Origin: a virus
Taxonomy: Duplodnaviria; Caudoviricetes
Strand: one strand, 5' to 3'
DNA: 36,126 bases
Virus record (IMG/VR): IMGVR_UViG_3300033067_001276
Coordinates: 1 to 36,126 of that record
Notes under the pieces: generated by a model
Databases searched by the model: none
What the model was told of the DNA's origin: nothing
What the model saw: the letters and a program-made list of their open reading frames with translations, nothing else
Shown: piece by piece, positions 25,709 to 34,314 of the stretch
Numbering within the stretch: the stretch's first letter is position 1
How the letters are laid out: the number at the start of each line of letters is the position of its first letter
Position numbers and translations under genes: made by a program

Positions 25709-25723
25709 TACTAAAACCCAAAT

Positions 25724-26107
25724 ATGGCAACTCCATCTTTCTACAAGCGTGGTCTAGCAGTATTTGGGGCGTTGACGGTTCTTGCTACGGCTACGGTTGC
25801 AGGGTTGAAAATTGGCTCTACTGGAACGACGATTGCATCGCATTATCGTTCTACATTGTCGGTTAACCCTGACTCAATCGCAGCTAATGGTGCTACAACA
25901 ACGGTTGTTACCGTAACAGGCGCAGTAGCTGGTTCCCATTGTGGCGTAAATGCTACGGCTGGGGATTTGCTCTCTACTACGTCCACGGTTCACCTCGCTT
26001 GTCGTGCTGGAACGGATAGTGCAACGGTTTTTTACCGCAACACTTCTTCAACAGCCGCCTTTGATGCAGGAACGTCCACGCTCTCAGTACAGGTTTGGGG
26101 CTACTAA
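25724..26107 (+). CDS. Putative virion (head decoration) protein
   Basis: Thr/Ala/Ser-rich beta protein right after the capsid gene. Confidence 0.6.
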   Translation: MATPSFYKRGLAVFGALTVLATATVAGLKIGSTGTTIASHYRSTLSVNPDSIAANGATTTVVTVTGAVAGSHCGVNATAGDLLSTTSTVHLACRAGTDSATVFYRNTSSTAAFDAGTSTLSVQVWGY

Positions 26108-26111
26108 TAAC

Positions 26112-26160
26112 TAGTGCCTTCACTCGTTGCCTCTTATGGGGCGACGGGATGAAGGCATTA
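26112..26160 (+). other. Long intergenic RNA hairpin
   Basis: About 22-bp interrupted stem with G-U pairs valid on the + strand; no U-tract. Confidence 0.65.
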
Positions 26161-26173
26161 CTAAATATCTTCT

Positions 26174-26863
26174 ATGCAACCAAACAAAACTATTCCCGCT
26201 CAAAATCAATCTTACACTCGCAACGCTTCCGCCATTAAAAAGACAGCAACACTTACAATCACAATTCCTTCTGGTGCGGCTGGTTCCGTCGTGGATTTTG
26301 ATATTCCTGTACGTCCAATCGCATCAAACACGGGTGCTGATATTGGTGGTGTCGGCAATACTTCTGTTGTTCTGGGTAGCTCTGCTACGTTTGACACGCT
26401 TGTAAACCCAAAAGAAGACGCTCTTTTGGCGAATGGGGAATATTACATCAACCATTTGACGGGCGAAGGACGCGGAAAAAAGAAAGATGCTGGCACGTCT
26501 GTTAGTGCAACAATTGGGTACTTTGCTTCGCTTATTGCTATCCCTGAACGTTTACGGGGTGAAGATGACAACCGAGACGTATTGCACGTTGTTGATGGAG
26601 GGGGTTCCACCCGTATCACTACTGCTACGACGACCGTCTGTCGTAACACAAGCGGACGCCTGAATGGGGTCTACGTCGAAGTAGCTCTTACTGGTACCGC
26701 AACGTTCTACGACAACGCTTCTGCCGCCTCTGGCACAACACCGTGGATTCTCCCTATTGGTACGGTTGCAGGATGGCATGAGTTTAGAGGCGCTACTATG
26801 GCAAACGGTGTCGTGTGTGTTACTTCTGCTGCTGACCGTCTCGTTGTTAACACAAGCCGTTAA
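26174..26863 (+). CDS. Putative virion protein
   Basis: Thr/Ala/Gly-rich; C-terminal T.YDNASAASGT beta-sandwich motif. Confidence 0.65.
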   Translation: MQPNKTIPAQNQSYTRNASAIKKTATLTITIPSGAAGSVVDFDIPVRPIASNTGADIGGVGNTSVVLGSSATFDTLVNPKEDALLANGEYYINHLTGEGRGKKKDAGTSVSATIGYFASLIAIPERLRGEDDNRDVLHVVDGGGSTRITTATTTVCRNTSGRLNGVYVEVALTGTATFYDNASAASGTTPWILPIGTVAGWHEFRGATMANGVVCVTSAADRLVVNTSR

Positions 26864-26872
26864 TCTTCCCCT

Positions 26873-27115
26873 ATGATTACTATCACCGCACTTGACCTTG
26901 CGAACCGTACCGTAACCTTCACCGCTAACGGCCAAACGAAAACAATCGAAGGACTAGGCGATTTCCCTTCGCAAAAAGCGTTCGTAGAGTACCTCGAAAG
27001 CGTTGCTCGTACGGATATGGCTCCTACGCCTGAACCGCTTGCTATCGACCCAACTGGACTTGTAGGCTCGCCTATCGCCTCCGCTGACCTCCCTGACGTT
27101 GAGCCTGTTATCTAG
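26873..27115 (+). CDS. Hypothetical protein
   Basis: ATG ORF tiling the operon. Confidence 0.65.
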   Translation: MITITALDLANRTVTFTANGQTKTIEGLGDFPSQKAFVEYLESVARTDMAPTPEPLAIDPTGLVGSPIASADLPDVEPVI

Positions 27116-27118
27116 CCT

Positions 27119-28492
27119 ATGCCTCGCTTCACTCTTCGGGACATACCGTATTCCATCCGAATCAGTGGAGCGGATGGAGCGGTTCCTATTACCGTTGCTA
27201 ACGCAGCGAACCTTAACCCGACAGATAGCGTCTGTTGTTCTGCTTGGTTGTATCCAGTAGGCGTGCCAAAAGAGTTTGTTGTGTGGGACAAAAGCCAAAA
27301 CGGGGCGACAAACTCCTACTTTGTCTCTGTTGGCGCAGATGGCTCGCCTAAGTGGTTCTCCATTATTGGAGGCGTCGTTCGTAACCTTGCGACATCAGCC
27401 AAATCACGCCGTGTTATCTGGAACCAGTGGAACCTGTTAGAAGCTGGATATGACGGCTCGGCTATCAAGCTATTCCTCAACGGCGAAGAGCTAACCGAAA
27501 CTATCACGGGTATCTCTGGAACCATGGGCGTAACTACGCAAGACCTTCGTATCGGAGGCTACTTCACGGGGGCAACGGGATTAACCTTCAATGGCTACAT
27601 CTACCGCCCTATTCTGAACACGACGCTCCCAACGCTCGCCGAACACCAAAACCGCTACTACAACGGCATCATGTCTGATGCGTTCATCGCTGGCACGCTT
27701 TTGGACTTGCGCATGACAGAAGGCAGCGGAAGCACGCTTGCTGATGGCTCGCAGTATGCCACCAACGGCACGCTTGGCAGTCTTGGAACAATCACGACAT
27801 GGAATAGCTCTTATGCACCAACGAAAGCTCGTCCTCTTGTAAGTCTTGACCGCTCTCTTAGTACGGTTTTGCGTCAAGATGTTGGCTCTGTAACTATCGC
27901 AAACGCAAGCTTTATTTACACGCCAACATTTGTTGACCCACAAACGGCAACAAACTGGATTGATGGAAGTGCAACAGGAAGCGCAACAGATAAGCGTTCA
28001 GGGTTTGCGGTTTTTGGTTTAGATAACAGCGTTGAAGCATTCTTTGACGAGCAAGAAAGTTATGACGGCTCGCCTTCGCTTTATTACGCAACCGTTGGTG
28101 TAAACAGCAGAATCACCCTACAAACAGCCTTAACCACATCTGGGGCTGGATTAGCGCAATGTTCGCAAATTAAGCCTTCTACGGCATACGTTGGAACCTT
28201 CCGTCTTAAAACACAGTATGTTTCAGGCGATTCTAGCGGTGTAATCGCTTCTTTCGTAGAAAGAACTGGAACGGGAACGCAAGCCGTTGTAAATAGCATT
28301 AGTGCAATAAAAACAACGACAGATTGGACGGATTATACGGTATCTTTTACCAGTGGTTCTACAAGCCGTCTTCTTACGTTCCGCTCTGTTTTGACTGGCA
28401 ACACAGGAAGCGCAGATTTGTTGCTAGAATGTTGGTTGGCAAAAAATATTCGTCTTACTGCTCCTTCGTTGGTGCGTGATATGGTTTCGTAG
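27119..28492 (+). CDS. LamG/ConA-like jelly-roll protein with probable carbohydrate-binding C-domain
   Basis: WN....GYDGSAIKLFLNG, LRIGG, FNGYI, EGSGSTLADGS; IKPSTAY and TTDWTDYTVSFTS motifs. Confidence 0.75.
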   Translation: MPRFTLRDIPYSIRISGADGAVPITVANAANLNPTDSVCCSAWLYPVGVPKEFVVWDKSQNGATNSYFVSVGADGSPKWFSIIGGVVRNLATSAKSRRVIWNQWNLLEAGYDGSAIKLFLNGEELTETITGISGTMGVTTQDLRIGGYFTGATGLTFNGYIYRPILNTTLPTLAEHQNRYYNGIMSDAFIAGTLLDLRMTEGSGSTLADGSQYATNGTLGSLGTITTWNSSYAPTKARPLVSLDRSLSTVLRQDVGSVTIANASFIYTPTFVDPQTATNWIDGSATGSATDKRSGFAVFGLDNSVEAFFDEQESYDGSPSLYYATVGVNSRITLQTALTTSGAGLAQCSQIKPSTAYVGTFRLKTQYVSGDSSGVIASFVERTGTGTQAVVNSISAIKTTTDWTDYTVSFTSGSTSRLLTFRSVLTGNTGSADLLLECWLAKNIRLTAPSLVRDMVS

Positions 28493-28495
28493 CCT

Positions 28496-28771
28496 ATGGA
28501 GTCAACGATTCTTCGAGATATTGCAAACCTCGGTCCCGCTCTTGGCGCAGTCGTAGCAGTTGGGATTGTGTGTTACTTCCTCGTGCAACTACTAAAAAAA
28601 GTGCTTGATATGTTCGATAAACACGGGGAAGCCCTGTCTATTGTCTCGAAGAATATGCAAGCTCACACCGACGTTCTAAAGGAAGTTGAAAGGAATGTGC
28701 AGCAAAACACGGAAGTAACGCAACACATGACAAAGCTACTTAAAACACACCTTAATCAAACAAACTTATGA
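28496..28771 (+). CDS. Single-TM + coiled-coil protein (holin-like)
   Basis: N-terminal TM then coiled coil; near the amidase. Confidence 0.55.
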   Translation: MESTILRDIANLGPALGAVVAVGIVCYFLVQLLKKVLDMFDKHGEALSIVSKNMQAHTDVLKEVERNVQQNTEVTQHMTKLLKTHLNQTNL

Positions 28772-28980
28772 CTAAACATTGGTTGGATTCTAAAACGGTG
28801 CGTGGCTCGCTTCTTGCTCTCGTGCCTAGTCTTCTCGTGGTCTTTGGTCTTCTTGGTATCAATATTGGTGGGCAAGAACTTGAAGCTATCATAGAACTTA
28901 TCTCCGCTATTATTGGGGCGGTTGGTGTAGGTCTTGCTATTTACGGGCGGTTAAACGCAAAAGGGGACATTACCTTTTAA
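28768..28980 (+). CDS. Putative holin (2 TM)
   Basis: KHWLDSKTV...AIYGR..A motif with two hydrophobic helices. Confidence 0.65.
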   Translation: MTKHWLDSKTVRGSLLALVPSLLVVFGLLGINIGGQELEAIIELISAIIGAVGVGLAIYGRLNAKGDITF

Positions 28981-28983
28981 GCG

Positions 28984-28992
28984 TGGTACAAT
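28984..28992 (+). promoter_or_regulatory. Extended -10 TGGTACAAT
   Basis: Just after the holin stop, upstream of 29034. Confidence 0.5.
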
Positions 28993-29033
28993 AAAAACGG
29001 TTAGGGTTTACTATTTACACTAAACTATCAACT

Positions 29034-29348
29034 ATGGAAAACCTTTCTTTCGTTCAATGGAACTGGGCTGACCTTAACGCCCACGGCGTAGGAACCGAGC
29101 TTCAAGAATACCTGAACGCAAACGGTGTAACTAAGGACGAGCTTGTTCTCGAATTGGAAAAGCACCCAACGTCTACGGTAGAGGCATCTATTGCCGCTGT
29201 GCTTGACCGTAAGGCAAAGGAAGCGCAAGCTCCTGTCGCTGAAGAGGTAGCACCTGAAGTCGTAGAGGAAGCTCCAGCCGTCGAAGAGGCGAATCCTGTA
29301 TCCGAGGAAGATTCAAAATTGCCTTCAGAGGATTCTGCCGCCGAGTAG
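29034..29348 (+). CDS. Acidic hypothetical protein
   Basis: ATG ORF with Glu/Ala/Pro-rich tail. Confidence 0.7.
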   Translation: MENLSFVQWNWADLNAHGVGTELQEYLNANGVTKDELVLELEKHPTSTVEASIAAVLDRKAKEAQAPVAEEVAPEVVEEAPAVEEANPVSEEDSKLPSEDSAAE

Positions 29349-29420
29349 TCCCACCCCTGCCATCCCTTCCGAAGTACATACAATCTAGGATGTTTCTTCT
29401 CCTATAAGGGATAGCCACCG

Positions 29421-29450
29421 AGCGAGGTTATGCGAGCCTCGCTTTTGTGT
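29421..29450 (+). terminator. Intrinsic terminator
   Basis: AGCGAGG-9nt-CCTCGCT followed by TTTGTGTTTT. Confidence 0.65.
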
Positions 29451-29550
29451 TTTGGTCTTTCTTTGCATTAAAAGCACACATCTCACACATCCCATTCTTT
29501 AATGGAGATATTCTTTTTACTTGGCAAATGATACAAATGAAAATGAACAT
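29428..29550 (-). CDS. 40-aa Zn-ribbon-like microprotein (CIIC...CEMC)
   Basis: Hand translation MFIFICIICQVKRISPLKNGMCEMCAFNAKKDQNTKARLA. Confidence 0.5.
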   Translation of the reverse strand: MFIFICIICQVKRISPLKNGMCEMCAFNAKKDQNTKARLA

Positions 29551-29569
29551 AATGAACAGTTGGTTAATT

Positions 29570-30032
29570 GTTTAGCTTCGACGATAATCCCCTAGCCCGT
29601 ACGATACAGGTTTGCTCCAAGGGTATATCGATAGCTCGACCCTTGTTTTCTTGCTCTCCTCGCCACGCCTTAGCGTGGATTGGGTACGTCTTGAACACCA
29701 AGATTTGCGCATAATGTTCAAGCACGGGGTTCTATTGTGTAAGCAGTAGTACTAGCTTACGACGGGGGCAATTAACGTGCCTATGCCCCAAGGCGAACCC
29801 TTCCCGTGATTTAACTGGGCTTCCCTTTTTAGGGGATTGCAAGGGTGGCTCACAGGATGCGCCCGACCATTCCAAGCAAAGGTTTGCTTATAAATACGCA
29901 AAAACGCCTCCTAAGAGACGTTCGTGCGTGAAAAAGCCGTCCTGTGTTCCCAAAAATTGTGTAACGCTTGTAGGCGTCCACACAATAATAGCACGGTTTC
30001 CCATACTTGGGAAGGGGGCTTTTTCATAAGCT
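29570..30032 (-). ncRNA. Large structured non-coding RNA or leader
   Basis: About 11 hairpins; G-U pairs favour the minus strand; dedicated promoter upstream. Confidence 0.55.
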
Positions 30033-30038
30033 AGCTAT

Positions 30039-30067
30039 ATTATACTCCTTTTTTGTGGTAAAATCAA
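30039..30067 (-). promoter_or_regulatory. Promoter TTGATT-17-TATAAT
   Basis: Exact spacing; overlaps the divergent amidase promoter. Confidence 0.65.
30056..30064 (+). promoter_or_regulatory. Extended -10 TGGTAAAAT for a leaderless amidase transcript
   Basis: 6 nt before ATG 30071. Confidence 0.6.
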
Positions 30068-30070
30068 GGT

Positions 30071-30742
30071 ATGAAAATCACTCAAAAACCCCTTAAAATC
30101 AACTTTACCAAGGGAAGAACACATAAGCCTATTGCTATTGTGATTCATCTCATGGACGGGAGCTTATCAGGCACAGAAGCGTGGTTTAATAACCCCAAAA
30201 GCCAAGCCTCGACGCATTATGGGGTAGGTAAAAAGGGTGAAATTGTGCAATGGGTAGCCGAGGAAGATACGGCTTGGGCTAACGGGCGAATTGACAAGCC
30301 TACATGGAAGCTTATTAATGCCCGTGTAAGCCCTAACAACTACACCATATCTATTGAGCATGAAGGGCGTTCTGGACACATATGGACGGATGCGCAATAT
30401 GAAGCTGATGCGTTTCTTGTGCAGAAGATTTGCGAAAAATGGGGCATACCAGTAGATGCCGACCACATTATTTTGCACAGCGAGATTTTTGCCAAAAAGC
30501 CAAATTGTGCTGGCAAGGGCTTTTCAAAAGAGCGTCTTCTTTCCATGCTTGCGCCACAAGTGAAAAAGAACACTCTTGTAAAAGGCGATAAAAGCCCAAG
30601 TGTATATTGGGTAGATAACAACAGCGTGCGCCACGCCATAAAAACATGGGAATACTACTTAGAGTATTTTGGCGGTGGCATTACCACATACGCACAAAAA
30701 CAGGTTGATGCGTTAAAAGAGGGCAAACCATTTAAGACATGA
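30071..30742 (+). CDS. Endolysin, N-acetylmuramoyl-L-alanine amidase (Amidase_2)
   Basis: IVIH, ASTHY.V...G.I.Q.V.E.DTAWANG, N..TISIEHEG and HIILH......K..C.G motifs. Confidence 0.92.
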   Translation: MKITQKPLKINFTKGRTHKPIAIVIHLMDGSLSGTEAWFNNPKSQASTHYGVGKKGEIVQWVAEEDTAWANGRIDKPTWKLINARVSPNNYTISIEHEGRSGHIWTDAQYEADAFLVQKICEKWGIPVDADHIILHSEIFAKKPNCAGKGFSKERLLSMLAPQVKKNTLVKGDKSPSVYWVDNNSVRHAIKTWEYYLEYFGGGITTYAQKQVDALKEGKPFKT

Positions 30743-30756
30743 TACACTAGCATTAT

Positions 30757-31218
30757 ATGCCGTATACTTCTGTTTCTAATGTTCGTACTAATTCTGGTTT
30801 TACTTCTTCTTCGCTTGTTGCTGATGCCGTGATTGAAGCAAAAATCACTTATGCAGATGCTTTAATCAACGCCAAAATTGCGCAACGGTATACAATCCCA
30901 CTTGCGGTTGCTGGCGTTGCTTCTACGCCAAAACTGATTGAGATGCTATCGCTTGAAATGTCTACGGTATTAATGCTGATGGCACAGTATAGCGAGCAAG
31001 CCCAAGATACCGATAAGGGATGGGAACGCCGTTTAAAAGTGGTGCAAGATACCCTAGATGAGATTGCAAGCGGGAAAGTAAAGCTTGTAAATGATTCTGG
31101 GGCTGAATATGGGCGTTCTTCTACGCAAATACCTACTTTTTACCCAACAACCGCATCACGAGAAGCCGACGCCGACCCACACGCACCACGGCTTTTTACC
31201 ATGAACGACGTCTACTAA
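30757..31218 (+). CDS. Head-tail adaptor (Mu gp36 / DUF1320-like)
   Basis: M.YT...VR, ADA.IN..I..RY.IPL and LDEIASGK..L motifs. Confidence 0.75.
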   Translation: MPYTSVSNVRTNSGFTSSSLVADAVIEAKITYADALINAKIAQRYTIPLAVAGVASTPKLIEMLSLEMSTVLMLMAQYSEQAQDTDKGWERRLKVVQDTLDEIASGKVKLVNDSGAEYGRSSTQIPTFYPTTASREADADPHAPRLFTMNDVY

Positions 31219-31689
31219 ATGCAAATCAACATATCTTTTGAATCAACAAGCGTTCAAAAAACGCTTTCGAACTTAACGAAAGAGATTCGTGATTTTCGTC
31301 GTCCGCTAGATACGCTTGGCGTAGACCTTTTGCAGTTTTACGGTGGCGAAGTATTTACCACGCAAGGGGGAGCAATAAACCAAAGTTGGAAAAGGCTTGC
31401 CGATTCAACGCTTCTTGCCCGTGCTCGCCGTTCTGGTTATTACAGGCAAGCACCAGCGTCTAATGCACAAACGCTTGTTTGGACTGGCAGAATGCAAAAA
31501 GGCTTTAAAAAAGAGGTATCTACAACTAAATTGCGCATATTTAACCCCGTGCCGTACTTTAAATACCACCAAAAAGGCGGTAAAGCTCCAAAACGTGCTA
31601 TGCTTGCAATAACGCCTCAAGTGGTAAATAAGGCGGCTTCCACCATTGAAGAGTTTATTGAAAAGTCTATAAATAAATCTGCCGTATGA
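31219..31689 (+). CDS. Virion morphogenesis / tail completion protein (Mu gpG / P2 gpS-like)
   Basis: W..L..ST, L..TGRM and Y.KYHQ.GG..PKR.ML motifs. Confidence 0.8.
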   Translation: MQINISFESTSVQKTLSNLTKEIRDFRRPLDTLGVDLLQFYGGEVFTTQGGAINQSWKRLADSTLLARARRSGYYRQAPASNAQTLVWTGRMQKGFKKEVSTTKLRIFNPVPYFKYHQKGGKAPKRAMLAITPQVVNKAASTIEEFIEKSINKSAV

Positions 31690-32174
31690 TTAACGACGTT
31701 GTAGTAGAGATTCGCAACTTGCTTTCAACTGCCATGACAACAAGGTGCGCTGCTTATTATGCGGGCAATATTGGATTGCCAGCTAATGCGCAAATGCCTG
31801 TGTGTATCGTCAAGCGTAAAGCTGAATCGCTTGATAACCGAAGAAGCACCACAACCGATTATTACAAGTACACAATATCCGTTTTGGTGATTACAAACAT
31901 TGTAAAAAGCTTGAGTACAGCAGGGCTTACTAGCGGTCTTGTAGCTTCTGAAAACACCCTTAGCAATATTATTGGCGAACGGGATACAGATGGCGCACCA
32001 AAACTTGATACTGTTCTCGGTGTTTTATCCCGCCAGCAAAACTTACGAGGTACAAGCTATATCTATATTAATAATATCGCCGTTAATTATGAGCCTGAAC
32101 TAAACGGGGTTGATTTATTTGTAGCCGCAGAAGTAACGTTTGATGCTTATGATACGTTTACTCGTAAAGCATAA
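31686..32174 (+). CDS. Putative tail terminator
   Basis: Size and position between neck and tail tube genes. Confidence 0.55.
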   Translation: MINDVVVEIRNLLSTAMTTRCAAYYAGNIGLPANAQMPVCIVKRKAESLDNRRSTTTDYYKYTISVLVITNIVKSLSTAGLTSGLVASENTLSNIIGERDTDGAPKLDTVLGVLSRQQNLRGTSYIYINNIAVNYEPELNGVDLFVAAEVTFDAYDTFTRKA

Positions 32175-32195
32175 ATCATGCTATAATAACAGCGT

Positions 32196-32372
32196 ATGAA
32201 AATTACCATGCTTGCTGATTGCCTTGTTCCATCAATGCCGATGTTTCTAAAAGGGGAAACTTATTGCTTGCCTGACCAACTAGCACACACGCTTGTTGAG
32301 CGATTGCAAGCGGTAGAATATAAAGAGGAAGTTAAAGAAGAACCTAAAACTATTAAATCAACCAAAAAATAA
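32196..32372 (+). CDS. Small hypothetical protein (58 aa, MKITMLADC...)
   Basis: Translated by hand; TGCTATAAT (32179..32187) lies 8 nt upstream. Confidence 0.6.
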   Translation: MKITMLADCLVPSMPMFLKGETYCLPDQLAHTLVERLQAVEYKEEVKEEPKTIKSTKK

Positions 32373-32375
32373 CGT

Positions 32376-33791
32376 ATGTACTCTCGTCAAATGTATGCGG
32401 CTATCGGTAGTGAAGTAACTGTTGGAACTGCCGTTTTGCCAGCCGTGTTTTTCCCTTTTACAAGTCTTGATATTGTAACGCAGTACAAAACGAATCCTTC
32501 AACGTCTATTATTGGCAACCGTACGTTGAATATTAACCCCGTAAAAGACCTTATCGAAGCACCAAGCGGGACTATTGGTATTCAGATGGAGCCAAAAACA
32601 CTTGGGTACTTCTTGAAGGGTGTATACGGCGCAGTTTCTACGGGTGTGTATCTCCCTATCTCTAGTGCTACTGGAACTTTTACCGTGGGTGAAACGCTTA
32701 CTGGTGGGACGTCCTCAGATACGGCTACGGTGATTGCGGTATCTGCTGAGCTTGATTATGTTCTTGTTACGCTTGGCTCGCCTATCCCAACGCTTGTCGC
32801 TGGTGAAACGCTTACTGGTGGGACGTCTGGATTTACCGCAACACTTGGAACATACGCAAGCACAGTATTTGGACATGAGTTTAAAGCACCACAGAATAGC
32901 TTGCCTACGTTTACGGTAGAGATTGGCTATGATGACCGTGCATACCGCTACGGTGGATTGCGCTTTAATGCTCTCAATTCTATTACGCACGAAGACAACA
33001 TCATGACTGCCGAGCTTGGCGTGATGGCTTTGTGGGAGTTTAAGCACGCAACGGTAACGGCTATTACAACGTCTGGTGCTGGTGCAAAAACCATTACCGT
33101 AGACCAAACGACGGGTCTTATTGCCGCAGATACGATTAAAGTGTTTCGTCCTTCCACGGGTGCGTTCCTTGATTTTTCCGCCGCATCTGTTAAGACGCAT
33201 ACTTTGGGCACTGTTGCATCTGAAACGACGTTTACGGTTACTAACCTCGAAACATCTCTTGCCGTTGGCGATTTGATTGTTCTTGCACCACAAACGGCAA
33301 CGTACACCATCGGCAAAGAGTTTTCTTGGATTGGCGGCTCGGTTGCTCGTCTTGCTAACACGGCTACTTTGGCTCTTACCGCTTCTGCCGCTTCCGTTGA
33401 AGAGTTTGAGCTTGGCTTGGAAAATGAAATGGAAAACCGCCATGCAGCTAACGGCTTAAACTTAGTAAATCGCTTCCCTGTTAAGAACCACCTGAAAAAG
33501 CTTTCTGGTACTGGCTCCATTAAGCTTGCTTACGAAAATAACAGCCTTATCGAGCGTTCTCGTAGTGCAACGCCAACCGCATTGCATATCAAGCACACGG
33601 GCGAACTTATCACGTCCACGCTTTACAATTCTATCGAATGGCGTGTGCCGAATGTACAATTCCAACCGTTTAACCCTTCCGTAGAAGAGGACGCATTGCT
33701 TGACCAAGAAATCAGCTTCGATATTTACCGTTCTGCTACGTCTGGATACTCGCACAAGGCATTGTTAATTAACGACGTTTTGAGCTACTAG
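32376..33791 (+). CDS. Major tail (tube) protein with inserted domains
   Basis: Precedes chaperone and tape measure; E.T.GTAV.P, H.F.....LP.FTVE and L.ND..SY motifs. Confidence 0.75.
   Translation: MYSRQMYAAIGSEVTVGTAVLPAVFFPFTSLDIVTQYKTNPSTSIIGNRTLNINPVKDLIEAPSGTIGIQMEPKTLGYFLKGVYGAVSTGVYLPISSATGTFTVGETLTGGTSSDTATVIAVSAELDYVLVTLGSPIPTLVAGETLTGGTSGFTATLGTYASTVFGHEFKAPQNSLPTFTVEIGYDDRAYRYGGLRFNALNSITHEDNIMTAELGVMALWEFKHATVTAITTSGAGAKTITVDQTTGLIAADTIKVFRPSTGAFLDFSAASVKTHTLGTVASETTFTVTNLETSLAVGDLIVLAPQTATYTIGKEFSWIGGSVARLANTATLALTASAASVEEFELGLENEMENRHAANGLNLVNRFPVKNHLKKLSGTGSIKLAYENNSLIERSRSATPTALHIKHTGELITSTLYNSIEWRVPNVQFQPFNPSVEEDALLDQEISFDIYRSATSGYSHKALLINDVLSY
32688..32827 (+). repeat. 26-bp exact direct repeat GGTGAAACGCTTACTGGTGGGACGTC
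   Basis: Copies at 32688..32713 and 32802..32827; encode GETLTGGT twice. Confidence 0.9.
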
Positions 33792-33792
33792 T

Positions 33793-34122
33793 ATGTCTCG
33801 CATTGCTTCTAAGAAAACCCGCCGAGTTGAGCTTGGCGGGGGGGAATGGGTGGATATTCGTGTAGCCCTTTCCTTTTCTGAGTTTCAATCCGTGATTGGG
33901 AACGTAGAAAATGAAAGCAAGCAACAACAGCTTGAAACAGCCATGAACATTTTGCGTAAAGCAATCACCGATTGGCACATTCTTGATGATGAAGGCAACC
34001 CCGTTGCGTATAAGCCTGAACTTGTTGGCGACCTTGACGTAGCAACCATTATGACGTTGCAGGGTGAAGTTATGTCGCAATACGGGTTAGACAAAAAAAA
34101 AGAGCTTGCATCAGGCGTATAA
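33793..34122 (+). CDS. Tail assembly chaperone (gpG-like)
   Basis: Between tail tube and tape measure; I.DW.I.D.EG motif; A9 run near the 3' end. Confidence 0.8.
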   Translation: MSRIASKKTRRVELGGGEWVDIRVALSFSEFQSVIGNVENESKQQQLETAMNILRKAITDWHILDDEGNPVAYKPELVGDLDVATIMTLQGEVMSQYGLDKKKELASGV

Positions 34123-34310
34123 TTGTAACTAACAGCACAAAAGAAATTACGGGCTATAACGAAGTCCGTGATTTTTATATGTCAGAAAAGTTTGGTTTAG
34201 ACTGGAAAAAATACGATTCTGTTCGTATGGAAGCATTTTTCTATATTATGCAATGCCAAGCCGAGCGAGATGAGCGAGAAAGTAAAAAAGCTGGTAAGAT
34301 GAAGAAGTAA
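34093..34310 (+). CDS. -1 frameshift extension of the chaperone (gpT-like)
   Basis: A9 at 34093..34101; the -1 frame is open to TAA at 34308..34310. Confidence 0.75.
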
Positions 34311-34314
34311 TCTT

